Shown here one piece after another: positions 46,559 through 56,735 of a stretch of DNA of 64,000 bases. The position numbers and the translations under genes were made by a program. How positions within the stretch are numbered: the first letter of the stretch is position 1; each line of letters starts with the position of its first letter. This DNA is from Acidimicrobiia bacterium (GTDB taxonomy: Bacteria; Actinomycetota; Acidimicrobiia; Spongiisociales; ZC4RG35): assembly GCA_041747855.1 (NCBI GenBank), contig JBGTEJ010000055.1:77930-141929 (forward strand), given 5' to 3'. Under the pieces are notes generated by a model. The model saw only the letters and a list, made by a program, of their open reading frames with translations. It ran no database searches and was not told the origin of the DNA.

Positions 46559-48304
46559 TCATTGCTCTGGCCGAAGGTCCACCAGCCAGTCATCACCTAC
46601 GTGGCGAACGCTGACACCAGAAGGCAACTGGCTGATGATCCAGTCGATCTCATCGAAACTGTATGCAGCATCGGTGGATTCAGCCGATCCGTGGAGTAGG
46701 ACGTATCTGATATCCAGTTCAGAGATCCTGGTCAACGCCTGTGGGGCCGGGAACTCGACAAGAGCTGCAACGGCCTCGGAGTACCCAGGGGGGAACCCCC
46801 CTGAGAACCCGTTGAACCTTCTCCGCCAATCTCCAATGGACTCCAGTAGACGAGGACCCTCGATGAAGACGAAAGCGATGTCGACGGCTGCCCGCATCGG
46901 CAGCTCAAGCACCGCGCCCGGGGCCGCCGATGCCAGGATCTCCCGCATCGGGGCCCGGTCTTCGACTGTCGCCCTCAGCGGAGCGACCCACATCTCCACC
47001 AGGACAATAGAGGTGATGATGGCCACCACCACCCACAGTTGCCTCTCTTCCAGCGCGCCGGACAATCGTTTGAGACCGTATGCGGCGAAGATTGCTATCG
47101 CCAAGAGTCCCGGCACAGCGAGTCGCGAGGCGGCACGGATGCTGTCGAAGCCAGGAACAAGTTCGCTGAAGAGCCGGAAGGGCATCGGAAACCCCAAGAC
47201 GGTCGGGCCCATTGCCAGGACCAGCGACACAACCCCCACAAGAGCAAGAAGACCCAGCTCGTACCTGTTGCCTGGACCCTTACATTCGCCAGATCGCGTG
47301 CGGAATCTCAAGAACAGGGCGCCCCCGATCAAAGCGAGAACCGGGACTACCAAGCCGAGAAAGAACCCATGTTCGACGATCCCCGACGGCTGTCTCGCAA
47401 CTGACCAGTTGAAAAGACGGCCGTACGCAAGGGATTCGGGAGCAGGGGTCAGAAAGTCGATCGGGTTCAGTCCCATCCCCCCAACTTCTCGTTCAAAGGG
47501 AACTCGATTTTGGAAGCCGGCGAACACGAGCGCGACGGGTCCGACAGTGGCCGCCGTCACCAACCCAGCCGCCGCGAAAGTAGTCCACCAATCGCGCTGT
47601 GGCTTCCAATGCCGAATCAGGTCAACCATCACAATGACCCCGACGCAGACAAACCAGATGGCTCCGTAGTACAGAGACGCGGTGGTCAGCAGCGCAGTAC
47701 TGAGGCCCAGCCATAAACCGTCCCGAAGTCGCCGAGACTCCAAAGCTCGAAACAAGGTCAGAAATGCGAGCGGAAAGAAGCCGAGAGTCAACAACTGGAG
47801 GTGACCTTGGTGCATGAACACATACCCGGAGAACGTGAAGGACGCAGACGCCAGCAGTGCCACTGGGGCCCCAGCCAGTCGACGTGCGAGCACGAATGTG
47901 CTGATGAAACAGAAGACCGCCAAGGCGAGAAGAACAAAGTTGTGCGCCACCACCTCGCTGCCCGTCAGCGCTTCAACCAAACCGAATGGAATCACCAGGG
48001 GCAACATCAGTTCCGAGTACTTCAGGGCTTCCCCGTATGGATGGAACATGTTGCCGTTGAAGAAGTTCGAGATATCTGCAACCAGCGCGTGGAACTGCCA
48101 GGAGAGAATCCACGTGCCGAGAGCGGGATCACCGAGATTCCAAGGGAGCGTGCTCCGCATACTCTCCAGCGTTGGCTGGTGCATGAGGATGACCAGGGCC
48201 GAGGCTCCAATGCCGAACCCCAACCTATGAAGCCATACTGAGACTTGTGAGGACGGATTCTCCCCCCTCGAGGAGTGGTCGCGATTGACCTCCAACTTTG
48301 TCAC
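46559..48304 (-). CDS. GT-C-fold membrane glycosyltransferase
   Basis: GDPALGTWILSWQFHAL, NMFHPY, YSE, HLQLL, PGFDSIRAASR, ELP, NGFSG, IRYVLLH; many TMs; start uncertain (GTG 48304; ORF open to 48397). Confidence 0.82.
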   Translation of the reverse strand: MTKLEVNRDHSSRGENPSSQVSVWLHRLGFGIGASALVILMHQPTLESMRSTLPWNLGDPALGTWILSWQFHALVADISNFFNGNMFHPYGEALKYSELMLPLVIPFGLVEALTGSEVVAHNFVLLALAVFCFISTFVLARRLAGAPVALLASASFTFSGYVFMHQGHLQLLTLGFFPLAFLTLFRALESRRLRDGLWLGLSTALLTTASLYYGAIWFVCVGVIVMVDLIRHWKPQRDWWTTFAAAGLVTAATVGPVALVFAGFQNRVPFEREVGGMGLNPIDFLTPAPESLAYGRLFNWSVARQPSGIVEHGFFLGLVVPVLALIGGALFLRFRTRSGECKGPGNRYELGLLALVGVVSLVLAMGPTVLGFPMPFRLFSELVPGFDSIRAASRLAVPGLLAIAIFAAYGLKRLSGALEERQLWVVVAIITSIVLVEMWVAPLRATVEDRAPMREILASAAPGAVLELPMRAAVDIAFVFIEGPRLLESIGDWRRRFNGFSGGFPPGYSEAVAALVEFPAPQALTRISELDIRYVLLHGSAESTDAAYSFDEIDWIISQLPSGVSVRHVGDDWLVDLRPEQ

Positions 48305-48448
48305 GGTGACATTCTGATAGCAGGAGACCAATAACGCCCTGTATGGTGTCGTCCCCGGCCGATAGACGAGGTCGACACTTGCCACCCCGCTCGACACTCC
48401 AACTCAAGAAGCACCGAGAAGAAAACAACCTCGCCGCGAACAACCCAC

Positions 48449-50929
48449 ATGATTGACCGCACCGGGGGAGGGCGGACCCGCTCAGGCGAGCGCCAGAACA
48501 ACGCCAAGAGCCGGTTCGATCCCATTTCTGCGCGGATCAGAGCAGGGCAACTCTTGGCTGATCCCAGCAGGGCTGTCTTTGTGGCTGGTGCAGCTGGGCT
48601 CCTCTCGCTGGCGCTCGCGGGCCTGCCTCTGGCCATCGCTGGAGTGTTCAATCCATGGCTGGTCGGGCCAGCCACTGTGGCGCTCTGGATCGTACTCACC
48701 AGGTTCGCCTTGAGTTCAACCGTTGCCGTCACTAACACCCGGGGCGGTAAGACTGCTTCTTGCCTTGCGCTCGTTATTGCGGCAAGTTTCGCGGCTTTTG
48801 CTACTGCGCATTCAGGCGAGCACCTCCTCACTGACAGGGACCCTGGCGTCTACTTCGTCACCGGCAAGTGGCTAGCCGTCAATGGTGACCTCCTCCTCAC
48901 GACCGGCCTACCAAGCGATGTAAACGAAGCGTTTCCCCCCATATGGCCCATGGGCACATATGGGAGACCCGACCACTCTGCCTACTTCCAGTTCCAGCAC
49001 ACACCCGCAGTGATCATGGCCACTGCCCAGTGGGCAGGCGGAGATTGGTTGATGTTCAGGATCATGGGCCTGGTAGGGGGCATCGGAATACTGGGCGTCT
49101 ACCTATTAGGCCGGACGCTCATCGGTCCTGTGATAGCCCTAGCACCCCTAGTCGCCGCCGCTACCCACCCCGTCTTCATCCACGTCGGAAAAGACGGCTA
49201 CTCCGAGCCTCTGACCTTGGTGTTCACGATGGCGGCCTTTTGGTACTGGCTAGCGATCAGAGAAGGCAGCGGTCCGCGTTCATACTTCGTCGCGGGACTA
49301 CTGCTGGGCGCACCGACGTTGGCCCGGATCGACGGATGGCTTCCAGCGATCGGGTTCTTGGCTGGCCTCACCTACATGGTTGTGACTCACGAAGGCACAT
49401 CAAACCCCACGCGACGCAAAATCCTTGCCCTGGCGACTGGATTCGTTTTCACCTCGGGGCTAGGCCTGCTGGACTTGATGGTCAGGTCACCCGTCTACCT
49501 CAGGGACTTGTCGGGTTCGGCGTTTCCGATGATGGTTACCGCTGTTGCCGTGCTCGTTGCAACCGCCGCGGCTTCCGTACCTCTAGTTCCTCGCGTTGGG
49601 GCCTTGACACGCCGGCTGATAGCCCCAGCCGGAGCCACTTTCGTGCTGTTGGCGGGGATCTACGGTTTGTTTATACGACCGCGAACGACAGTGACACTGG
49701 GCGACCCAATCGCACTAGTCGCCGGGCTCCAAACGAGGGAGGGTCTCCTTGTAGATCCGGCTCGTAGTTACGCCGAAATGAGTCTTGAGTGGATAGCCAG
49801 ATACCAGGGGCACATCCCGGTGGCCTTTGGGATAGCCGCCATCTCACTCGTCGTGTTGCTGGTGCTCCGAGAGCGTGGCAACCGGGCCGTCCCGGTACTG
49901 GTCGCACTCCTGGTCACTGGGACAATCTACTTCTGGAGGCCATCGATCACTCCTGACCACCTGTGGGCGATGAGGAGGTTCGTCCCGGTGGTCCTCCCAT
50001 TGAGCTTCGTATTCGCAGCTCTAGGTGCGCAAATTCTGGTGCGCCGAGCCAAGCGACCCGAATTGGCCACTCCTGGCGTAGCGATCATCCTGACCCTGGC
50101 ACTCACCCAGGCACTGGTTGTCGGGTGGCCGGTTGCTGCGGTGAGGACACAAGCCGGGGTTGGTGGGGCGGCAGGCGAAGTCTGCTCCATGATCCCGCCA
50201 AACGGGGCACTCGTCGTCTCCGAGCGGGCATCAGTGATAGCGGCTGCAGTTCGGACAACTTGTCTTTTGCCGGTGACTGTCAATGACGACCCGCTAGTCC
50301 TGGCTGCGATTCAAAGTGCGGGCCTCATCCCTATTTCCGCATCTTCGGCACCTCGCTGTGACGGAGCGACGATCGGCAAATCAAGCGTACAGTTCGAGTT
50401 CCCGGAACGAACTCTGAGCTTTTCACCCAGGGGTCCCGAACAGGAGCTGCTTGTCGTATACGTGGCAGACGCGACTGCGACGGTTGCCCCGACACAATGG
50501 CTTGACTCACCATTCCCCGAAGCCCTTCTAGCGGTGGAAGTCAGCACCACCTGGACGCCGGATCGCTGGGCCGTCATTGCGTCGATCGGCAACTACGGGG
50601 AAGGAATGTGGATTCAGTATGGTGAATCCGGCGATGTGTCGGTTTGGGTAACAACCGAGCTCGGATTCATTGGAGTCCCAGTCCCCGCACATATCAACAA
50701 CGGAGCCAGCCAGGTCGTCGGTGGGTACGTTGCAGATGGGGTTTTACACGCGATATGTGGCGACCAGATCACGGGCTCGGCTGTTCTTCCAGCGCCTTTG
50801 AGCCTCGTCGACCACGATCTCAACGTCGCCCCTGAGATTCTGGCCGAGGACTTCGAAGTGTTCCTCGGCGATGTGAACGTGATTGCATCGCATTCTGGTT
50901 TCGAACTTGAGGGAGCTCGGTACCGCTGA
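48449..50929 (+). CDS. GT-C-fold membrane glycosyltransferase with extracellular C-terminal (LamG-like) domain
   Basis: DRDPGVY, FQF, YSEP, ARIDG, PDHLWAMRRFVPVVLP; many TMs; beta-rich C-terminus. Confidence 0.82.
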   Translation: MIDRTGGGRTRSGERQNNAKSRFDPISARIRAGQLLADPSRAVFVAGAAGLLSLALAGLPLAIAGVFNPWLVGPATVALWIVLTRFALSSTVAVTNTRGGKTASCLALVIAASFAAFATAHSGEHLLTDRDPGVYFVTGKWLAVNGDLLLTTGLPSDVNEAFPPIWPMGTYGRPDHSAYFQFQHTPAVIMATAQWAGGDWLMFRIMGLVGGIGILGVYLLGRTLIGPVIALAPLVAAATHPVFIHVGKDGYSEPLTLVFTMAAFWYWLAIREGSGPRSYFVAGLLLGAPTLARIDGWLPAIGFLAGLTYMVVTHEGTSNPTRRKILALATGFVFTSGLGLLDLMVRSPVYLRDLSGSAFPMMVTAVAVLVATAAASVPLVPRVGALTRRLIAPAGATFVLLAGIYGLFIRPRTTVTLGDPIALVAGLQTREGLLVDPARSYAEMSLEWIARYQGHIPVAFGIAAISLVVLLVLRERGNRAVPVLVALLVTGTIYFWRPSITPDHLWAMRRFVPVVLPLSFVFAALGAQILVRRAKRPELATPGVAIILTLALTQALVVGWPVAAVRTQAGVGGAAGEVCSMIPPNGALVVSERASVIAAAVRTTCLLPVTVNDDPLVLAAIQSAGLIPISASSAPRCDGATIGKSSVQFEFPERTLSFSPRGPEQELLVVYVADATATVAPTQWLDSPFPEALLAVEVSTTWTPDRWAVIASIGNYGEGMWIQYGESGDVSVWVTTELGFIGVPVPAHINNGASQVVGGYVADGVLHAICGDQITGSAVLPAPLSLVDHDLNVAPEILAEDFEVFLGDVNVIASHSGFELEGARYR

Positions 50930-51084
50930 AAGCGGGACTGGGACTAGCTTGCGGCGGGTATGACAAATTCACCTGCCCGCGCCAGACTTGCCCATTGCAA
51001 CTGCATCCAGCGGCAGATGACGACCGCGTGGACAGCGGTGGGAAAAACATGCATGCAAACCACAACGACGGCGGGTAACTAGGA

Positions 51085-53517
51085 GTGGATCGAATTGCCC
51101 TAATCACAACTGGATCCACCGCCGATATCGACGCGACGCAGGCGCTGGCGACGTCGTCGAGTAGATATTGGCCAGAGGTCGACGTGAAGGTCCTAGTCTC
51201 GAGCCGAGTGGTCCCGCCTCCGACTCACTTGGATGCGACACCGATCCAGGACGTCCACGGCACCGACTTCGTAGTCTCCCGGATCCTCCCAGAGGTCGAC
51301 CAACTTGCCCTCGGCCTGCCGAGTTTTCTAAAGGGGCTCCTCGAGCACTACGAGACCTGTGTCTTCATAGGACCAGGAATGGTGGTGGTCCGCCCGCCTG
51401 CGGAGTTGATTCACCAAGCGCAAGCCACAGGGACAGCCGTGTCTGTTCCGGTCACCGTCACGCCACGCCATTCATTGACCCCGGCACTCGGACCAATAGA
51501 CGCCGGGCCGTTCTTGCCCGAGCCAAGAATTCTGGGGGTCACAAGGGATGCCGGGCCATTCCTCGATGAGTGGGCTGACACTCTCCGGCAGGCGGTCTTG
51601 GAACCAGACCAGCGTCCGCTCTCATGGGTCTCGGAGACGTTCCTCCGTCGCACCCTTTCCAGGGCCAGCGTTAGCGTTGAAGGACAGGGAACCCTCCTCA
51701 ATTGGCCGGAGTACGCAGCGGTCGAGGCTGGTCGGGTGACGGGCACGAACGCATCCATCGTGGCATGTGACTACCTCTTCGATGCAGCTCGAGACTCCGA
51801 TCTCTACGACCATCCGGAAGTGGCATGGGGGATGCTCGTCCACAAGGTTCACGATTCCCGCCCCGTCGAACCGTTAATCGAGATAATCCGTGCAAGCCAG
51901 TGGATCAGGGAGGGCTACAACGAGGAAACTGCGTTCGACCATCTGCGAGCCGCCATCAGAAGAGCTGCCGACCCAACTGGGTTGAAGTGGGGTCCTGAGG
52001 AAGTGGCGAGCTTCGACGCATGGCTGTTCGAAGAGAACGAAGCCGGAACAACCAGATTGGCCGATCTGCTCGTGAAAAGCGACCCAGCGCTCCAGCAACG
52101 CTTCTTCGGGGTCAGGTTCGACCCGGTTCCCTTCCGTCGCTGGGTGGGAGAGAGAGGACGCCTAGAACTCGGCTTCGACCCACTAGACCGCGACTACCCC
52201 GCACGAGAGCCTGAGACCTCGGAAATCGATGTGCGACGTTTGAGGAACGCAATCGGATGGCGATGGAACACCATCAAGACCCTCGTGCCCGGTTACACAA
52301 CTAGAGCCACCAAGAAAGTCCAAGCGGCATTCTTGGGCCCAGATCCAGGCGAGACGCGAGGAGTTGCGCCGCCGCGCCCTGTTCACGTGACCCGAACCAC
52401 CCCTATGTGGGGGTCAAGCCCTCGCGGTCTGAATCTGCTCGGGCCCTTCCGCTCGGAGAGTGGCCTCGGCCAAGCAGCGCGCGCCAGCTTGGAAGCCATC
52501 CGTCTGTTGGATCTGCCTTTCACACACGTCGATACAACGGAGAAGTACCCGTCGAGAAACTCCGTCGATGTGGGGCTCACATTCGCGACACATGGGCAGA
52601 TCGGGGATGTGAACCTGATCCACAGCAACGCCGAAGAGATGTTGACTCTATCGGGTGGAGTCTTCAAACATCGGTTCGGGGGGCGCTTCAACGCGGCCAT
52701 GTGGTTCTGGGAAACGGCTGATCTCCCTCTTCGGGCCAGGGCTGCCTTCCATCTTGTTGATGAGCTGTGGGTCGCCAGCAACTACCAACGGGACGTTTTC
52801 GGTCAGTACGCCAGTGTCCCAATTCACGTGGTCGGTTTAGCGGCCGACCTCCCAGAACGACGAGTTGTCGACAGGACAGGATTTGGTTGGAAGGAAGATG
52901 ACCTCGTCTTTCTCTTCGTGTATGACGCACTGTCGTCCTATGGGCGGAAAAACCCAGTCAAAGCCCTTCAAGCGTTCATTTCCGCCTTTGCCCCAGGCTT
53001 CGAAGACGTCCGGTTCGTCCTCAAGGTGTCGAACCTGAACAAGTTCCCCGCCAGTCAAAAGGAGATACTCGGCCTTGCTGGGAAGTACCCGGCGATAACG
53101 GTGATCGATGAATACCTGTCGCGCGACGATGTGATGGACCTCATGTCCGCATCCGACGTCTATGTATCGCTTCACGCAGCCGAGGGGTTTGGCCTGACAT
53201 TGCTCGAGGCAATGGCCTTGGGCACTCCTGTGATCTGCACCGGATACAGCGGCAACATGGACTTCACCAACGACGCCAACTCGTGGTTGGTCGGCTATGA
53301 CATGATGAAGACCGAGGAGCAGACAGGCCCATATCCGAAGGGTTCGGTGTGGGGTTCACCCAGGCTGACAGATGCCATCGAGATCATGAGACGGATCGGC
53401 GACAATCGATCGGAGATTGCGAGCAAGGCTGAAGCGGCCTACAGGGACGCCTTGTCGGCCGCCTCTCTCGAGTCCTACGCTTCGCGTCTTCAGGAGCACC
53501 TGAGGCGCGTCCTTTAA
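51085..53517 (+). CDS. GT4 glycosyltransferase with large N-terminal degenerate GT-A-like domain
   Basis: ESGLGQAAR, WFWET, VDELWVAS, RKNP, DVYVSLHAAEGFGLTLLEAMALGTPVICTGYSGNMDF. Confidence 0.9.
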   Translation: MDRIALITTGSTADIDATQALATSSSRYWPEVDVKVLVSSRVVPPPTHLDATPIQDVHGTDFVVSRILPEVDQLALGLPSFLKGLLEHYETCVFIGPGMVVVRPPAELIHQAQATGTAVSVPVTVTPRHSLTPALGPIDAGPFLPEPRILGVTRDAGPFLDEWADTLRQAVLEPDQRPLSWVSETFLRRTLSRASVSVEGQGTLLNWPEYAAVEAGRVTGTNASIVACDYLFDAARDSDLYDHPEVAWGMLVHKVHDSRPVEPLIEIIRASQWIREGYNEETAFDHLRAAIRRAADPTGLKWGPEEVASFDAWLFEENEAGTTRLADLLVKSDPALQQRFFGVRFDPVPFRRWVGERGRLELGFDPLDRDYPAREPETSEIDVRRLRNAIGWRWNTIKTLVPGYTTRATKKVQAAFLGPDPGETRGVAPPRPVHVTRTTPMWGSSPRGLNLLGPFRSESGLGQAARASLEAIRLLDLPFTHVDTTEKYPSRNSVDVGLTFATHGQIGDVNLIHSNAEEMLTLSGGVFKHRFGGRFNAAMWFWETADLPLRARAAFHLVDELWVASNYQRDVFGQYASVPIHVVGLAADLPERRVVDRTGFGWKEDDLVFLFVYDALSSYGRKNPVKALQAFISAFAPGFEDVRFVLKVSNLNKFPASQKEILGLAGKYPAITVIDEYLSRDDVMDLMSASDVYVSLHAAEGFGLTLLEAMALGTPVICTGYSGNMDFTNDANSWLVGYDMMKTEEQTGPYPKGSVWGSPRLTDAIEIMRRIGDNRSEIASKAEAAYRDALSAASLESYASRLQEHLRRVL

Positions 53518-54665
53518 TCGAGTACTCGAAGCCTCCGTAGCAACCCATCGAGGTTCCGGGTAGATGCGGCCCACGAATACTGGTTCTCTGATCTGTGGTG
53601 CCCGGCCATGCCCAGCGTCGCCACGAGGCCGGGATCGGCAAGCAAGCGGACAAGGGCGGCGGCGATGCCCTGCGACGTCGGTGGCGCTATCAGACCGTCC
53701 CTCTCATGAGTCACCACCGATCTGTTGACAGGGGTATCGACCACAACGACGGGGGTGCCGTGGGCCCAGGCCTCGAGGGTGGTCATTCCAAACGACTCTG
53801 TCAGCGAGGGGTTGACGACAACCAACGCTGAACCAAGGAGATCCGCCTTGGCTTGCTCCGTCGGGGACTCGACAATGTCGACCCGTTCATCCACTGCCAT
53901 CGGCCCGGCTGGGTCCTTCCCGAAGAGGGGTGGGGATCCGGCAATGACGAGCCTGACGTCAGCGAAGTCTATCCAGACGACCTTCATGGCCTCATAGAGC
54001 ACATCCAGTCTCTTCGACTCCATTCGCCGACCCACAAAAAGAACCACCTGATCCCGGTCACTCTTGATGACACTCGATGCCTCGACCCCCGGTGGTACCA
54101 AAACAGTTGTCGCCGCGTTGGCCCGATAGGCCTCAACGAGGCGACTTCTCTCGTGCGTGGTCAGGGCCATCACGCCGTCCGCCACAGCCACCGCCCCTGC
54201 AACTCTTTCAACTGACCAGTAGGGATCGTGCTCATGCAGCATCGGGGCGTAAACCAGCTTCCAGGCGGCTCTGGTACGGAGACGCATGACTTCCTCGACG
54301 TTGGGAAACAAGTGCGGCAATGTGATTACGACGTCGGGAGCGATGGCTTCCAGGCGGTCGCCCAACCGACTTTGGTAGCGCGAAGTTGCGACTCTCAGGG
54401 CTCTGGCCTTGCCTATCAGGCGACCTGCCTTGTATGCAGGGCCCGAATATGGGAGCCTCTCAACGTCCACATCGCGGATCGTCTCGGCAGGTATCCCCAC
54501 AGGTCTGTGGCCCAGTTCATAGAACGCTTGTGGATCCTCGACGGCTGGGACAACCACCGAGACCCCATGGCCCAGCCCTGCGAGACCCTCGGCGAGTCCT
54601 TGGGCATAGCGCTCGGCGCCTCCGATCGATGGGTGGTATGCGTGGGTCGCGAACACCACTCTCAC
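53514..54665 (-). CDS. GT4 glycosyltransferase
   Basis: [36 protein letters not shown]; start GTG 54665. Confidence 0.92.
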   Translation of the reverse strand: MRVVFATHAYHPSIGGAERYAQGLAEGLAGLGHGVSVVVPAVEDPQAFYELGHRPVGIPAETIRDVDVERLPYSGPAYKAGRLIGKARALRVATSRYQSRLGDRLEAIAPDVVITLPHLFPNVEEVMRLRTRAAWKLVYAPMLHEHDPYWSVERVAGAVAVADGVMALTTHERSRLVEAYRANAATTVLVPPGVEASSVIKSDRDQVVLFVGRRMESKRLDVLYEAMKVVWIDFADVRLVIAGSPPLFGKDPAGPMAVDERVDIVESPTEQAKADLLGSALVVVNPSLTESFGMTTLEAWAHGTPVVVVDTPVNRSVVTHERDGLIAPPTSQGIAAALVRLLADPGLVATLGMAGHHRSENQYSWAASTRNLDGLLRRLRVLD

Positions 54666-54729
54666 AGCGGGTCTGCTCCGGTCTTGTGGGTACCATGCAC
54701 TCTCGTCGCCCACACTAGGGAGTTCACCT

Positions 54730-55707
54730 ATGCCAATTGCTCTCATCACCGGGATTACCGGGCAAGACGGATCCTACCTAGCCGAGTTCCTCCTCGCTAA
54801 GGGGTACGAGGTGCACGGCACAATCAGGACAACAACGCATGACATCGAGGACACCCGGATTGGCCATCTCATGGTCACCGACCCACCGCAGGTCACACTC
54901 CATGTCACCGACCTCGGAGACTCCCACTCTCTGACAAGATTGATCGAAGACCTCCGACCTGACGAGGTTTACAATCTCGCGGCTCAATCTCACGTGCGCG
55001 CTTCCTTCGATCAACCGGTCCACACCGGCGACGTGACGGGGCTCGGGGTAGTAAGGCTCCTCGAGGCGATCAGACACACAGATACTTCGATTCGGTTCTA
55101 CCAAGCGTCAAGCTCAGAGATGTTCGGCTCCACACCACCACCTCAGAACGAGACGACCCCCTTTCATCCTCGGAGCCCATACGCCCTCGCCAAGGTGTAC
55201 GCATATTGGGCAACCGTGAACTACCGGGAGAGCTACGGGATCCACGCCAACAACGGCATTCTCTTCAACCACGAGAGTCCACGAAGGGGAAAAGAGTTCG
55301 TCACCCGGAAGATCACAGCCACGATCCCCCGCCTCATCAAAGGGGAACAAAAGAAGCTGTATCTCGGCAACCTAGACGCAAGACGGGACTGGGGCCACGC
55401 CCGGGACTACGTCCGGGCGATGCACATGATCCTTCAGCATCCTGAGCCATTCGACCTGGTGATCGGAACCGGACAAGCTCACTCTGTCCGTGACTTCCTC
55501 GACGCGGCCTTCGGAGTCGTAGACCTGGACTGGGAGGAGTACGTCGAGATAGACCCACGCTTCTACCGCCCAGCGGAGGTGGACTTCCTCCAAGCCGACA
55601 TCACACAGGCCAGAAACATCATCGGTTGGGAGCCTGAGATCGGCTTCGCAGAACTAGTGCGGGAGATGGTGGAAGCAGACCTCAAAGCCGGTGGCGTGAG
55701 TGCCTGA
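54730..55707 (+). CDS. gmd: GDP-mannose 4,6-dehydratase
   Basis: [66 protein letters not shown]. Confidence 0.97.
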   Translation: MPIALITGITGQDGSYLAEFLLAKGYEVHGTIRTTTHDIEDTRIGHLMVTDPPQVTLHVTDLGDSHSLTRLIEDLRPDEVYNLAAQSHVRASFDQPVHTGDVTGLGVVRLLEAIRHTDTSIRFYQASSSEMFGSTPPPQNETTPFHPRSPYALAKVYAYWATVNYRESYGIHANNGILFNHESPRRGKEFVTRKITATIPRLIKGEQKKLYLGNLDARRDWGHARDYVRAMHMILQHPEPFDLVIGTGQAHSVRDFLDAAFGVVDLDWEEYVEIDPRFYRPAEVDFLQADITQARNIIGWEPEIGFAELVREMVEADLKAGGVSA

Positions 55708-56650
55708 GCACTCCCGGATTGAAGGCGCCACCGTACTGGTTACTGGCGGCCATGGCTTCATCGGACGGCATGTGGTCAACGCTCTGCACGAATCCGGGGT
55801 AAGACCCATATCTGTCATCCAACCCTCCACCACTCCTGTGAAGGGAATCCCAGGTGAAACCGTGACGGCTGACCTCACCGATCCTGAACAGTGGGTCGGT
55901 TTGCTAAAGGGTGTCGATTCCGTAGTTCACCTCGCCGCCCGGGCCGGGGGGATCCAGTTTCAACAAAGCTCGGCAACCGATGTGTTCAGATCCAACCGGC
56001 TTCTCACCGACCAACTGCTCGCAGCGTGCGCGACGGCCGGAGTCGAGCGGGTCTTCCTCGCCTCATCACTAGTGACCTATAGACCATCTGCGGATCAGAT
56101 CACCGAAAGCCACCAGCAGTTGGGACCCGCGGAACGGCCTGACCCCTACGCCTGGTCAAAGATCACCGACGAGGTTGTGGCGGTATGGCAACCCGACATC
56201 CAAGTGCTGATCGGCCGCTTCGGCAACGTGTACGGTCCCGGTGCTCTCTTCGACTCGGAGCGCTCGACCGTCGTGCATGCCTTGATAGACAGGGCCGCAA
56301 GGCTGACGGACGGATCAGAGCTAGTCGTATGGGGAGACGGAACCGCGGTGCGGACCTTTGTCTATGTCGAGGACGCTGCCCGAGCAGTGGTCACGATCCT
56401 GGGCGCCGGGTCGGCAGGCGAGGCTTACAACGTAGACAGCGGCGAACGAGTCACTATCGCCGAACTGGCGGAGACGGTGCAAAAGCACGTAAACCCGTCA
56501 CTCAGCATCGACTTCGATCCTTCGAAACCGGCCGGTGTCCCGTTCCGGGTGGCCTCGATCGCGAAACTCAGTGGTCTCGGTTACTCCCCCGCAGTCGATC
56601 TCGACGAGGGGGTGCGGCGCACTGTCGGCTGGTACCGCGACACCCAATGA
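55700..56650 (+). CDS. NAD(P)-dependent GDP-sugar epimerase/reductase (Fcl/GME-like SDR)
   Basis: [44 protein letters not shown]; directly after gmd. Confidence 0.88.
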   Translation: MPEHSRIEGATVLVTGGHGFIGRHVVNALHESGVRPISVIQPSTTPVKGIPGETVTADLTDPEQWVGLLKGVDSVVHLAARAGGIQFQQSSATDVFRSNRLLTDQLLAACATAGVERVFLASSLVTYRPSADQITESHQQLGPAERPDPYAWSKITDEVVAVWQPDIQVLIGRFGNVYGPGALFDSERSTVVHALIDRAARLTDGSELVVWGDGTAVRTFVYVEDAARAVVTILGAGSAGEAYNVDSGERVTIAELAETVQKHVNPSLSIDFDPSKPAGVPFRVASIAKLSGLGYSPAVDLDEGVRRTVGWYRDTQ

Positions 56651-56691
56651 CCGCCGATCTCGAGGATCTTCCCTCCGAGGGGGTTCCGTGA
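56647..56691 (+). CDS. candidate bridge sORF (14 aa, [14 protein letters not shown])
   Basis: ATGA overlap with the SDR stop; its TGA overlaps GTG 56688, in frame with the downstream GT2. Confidence 0.35.
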   Translation: MTADLEDLPSEGVP

Positions 56692-56735
56692 TCGGCCGAC
56701 AGGAGGCTGACCTCACCGGATACCATCCTGGTGCG

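Noticed and set aside
46635-47669. 344-aa plus-strand ORF
   Set aside because: Antisense to the GT-C gene; Ser/Ala/Arg-rich composition typical of reversed TM-coding sequence.
50960-51082. 40-codon ORF ending 2 nt before the GT4 start, and a nearby hairpin at about 50953-50977
   Set aside because: Starts 30 nt after the upstream stop, so it is not counted as a strict bridge; the hairpin is weak and has no U-tract.
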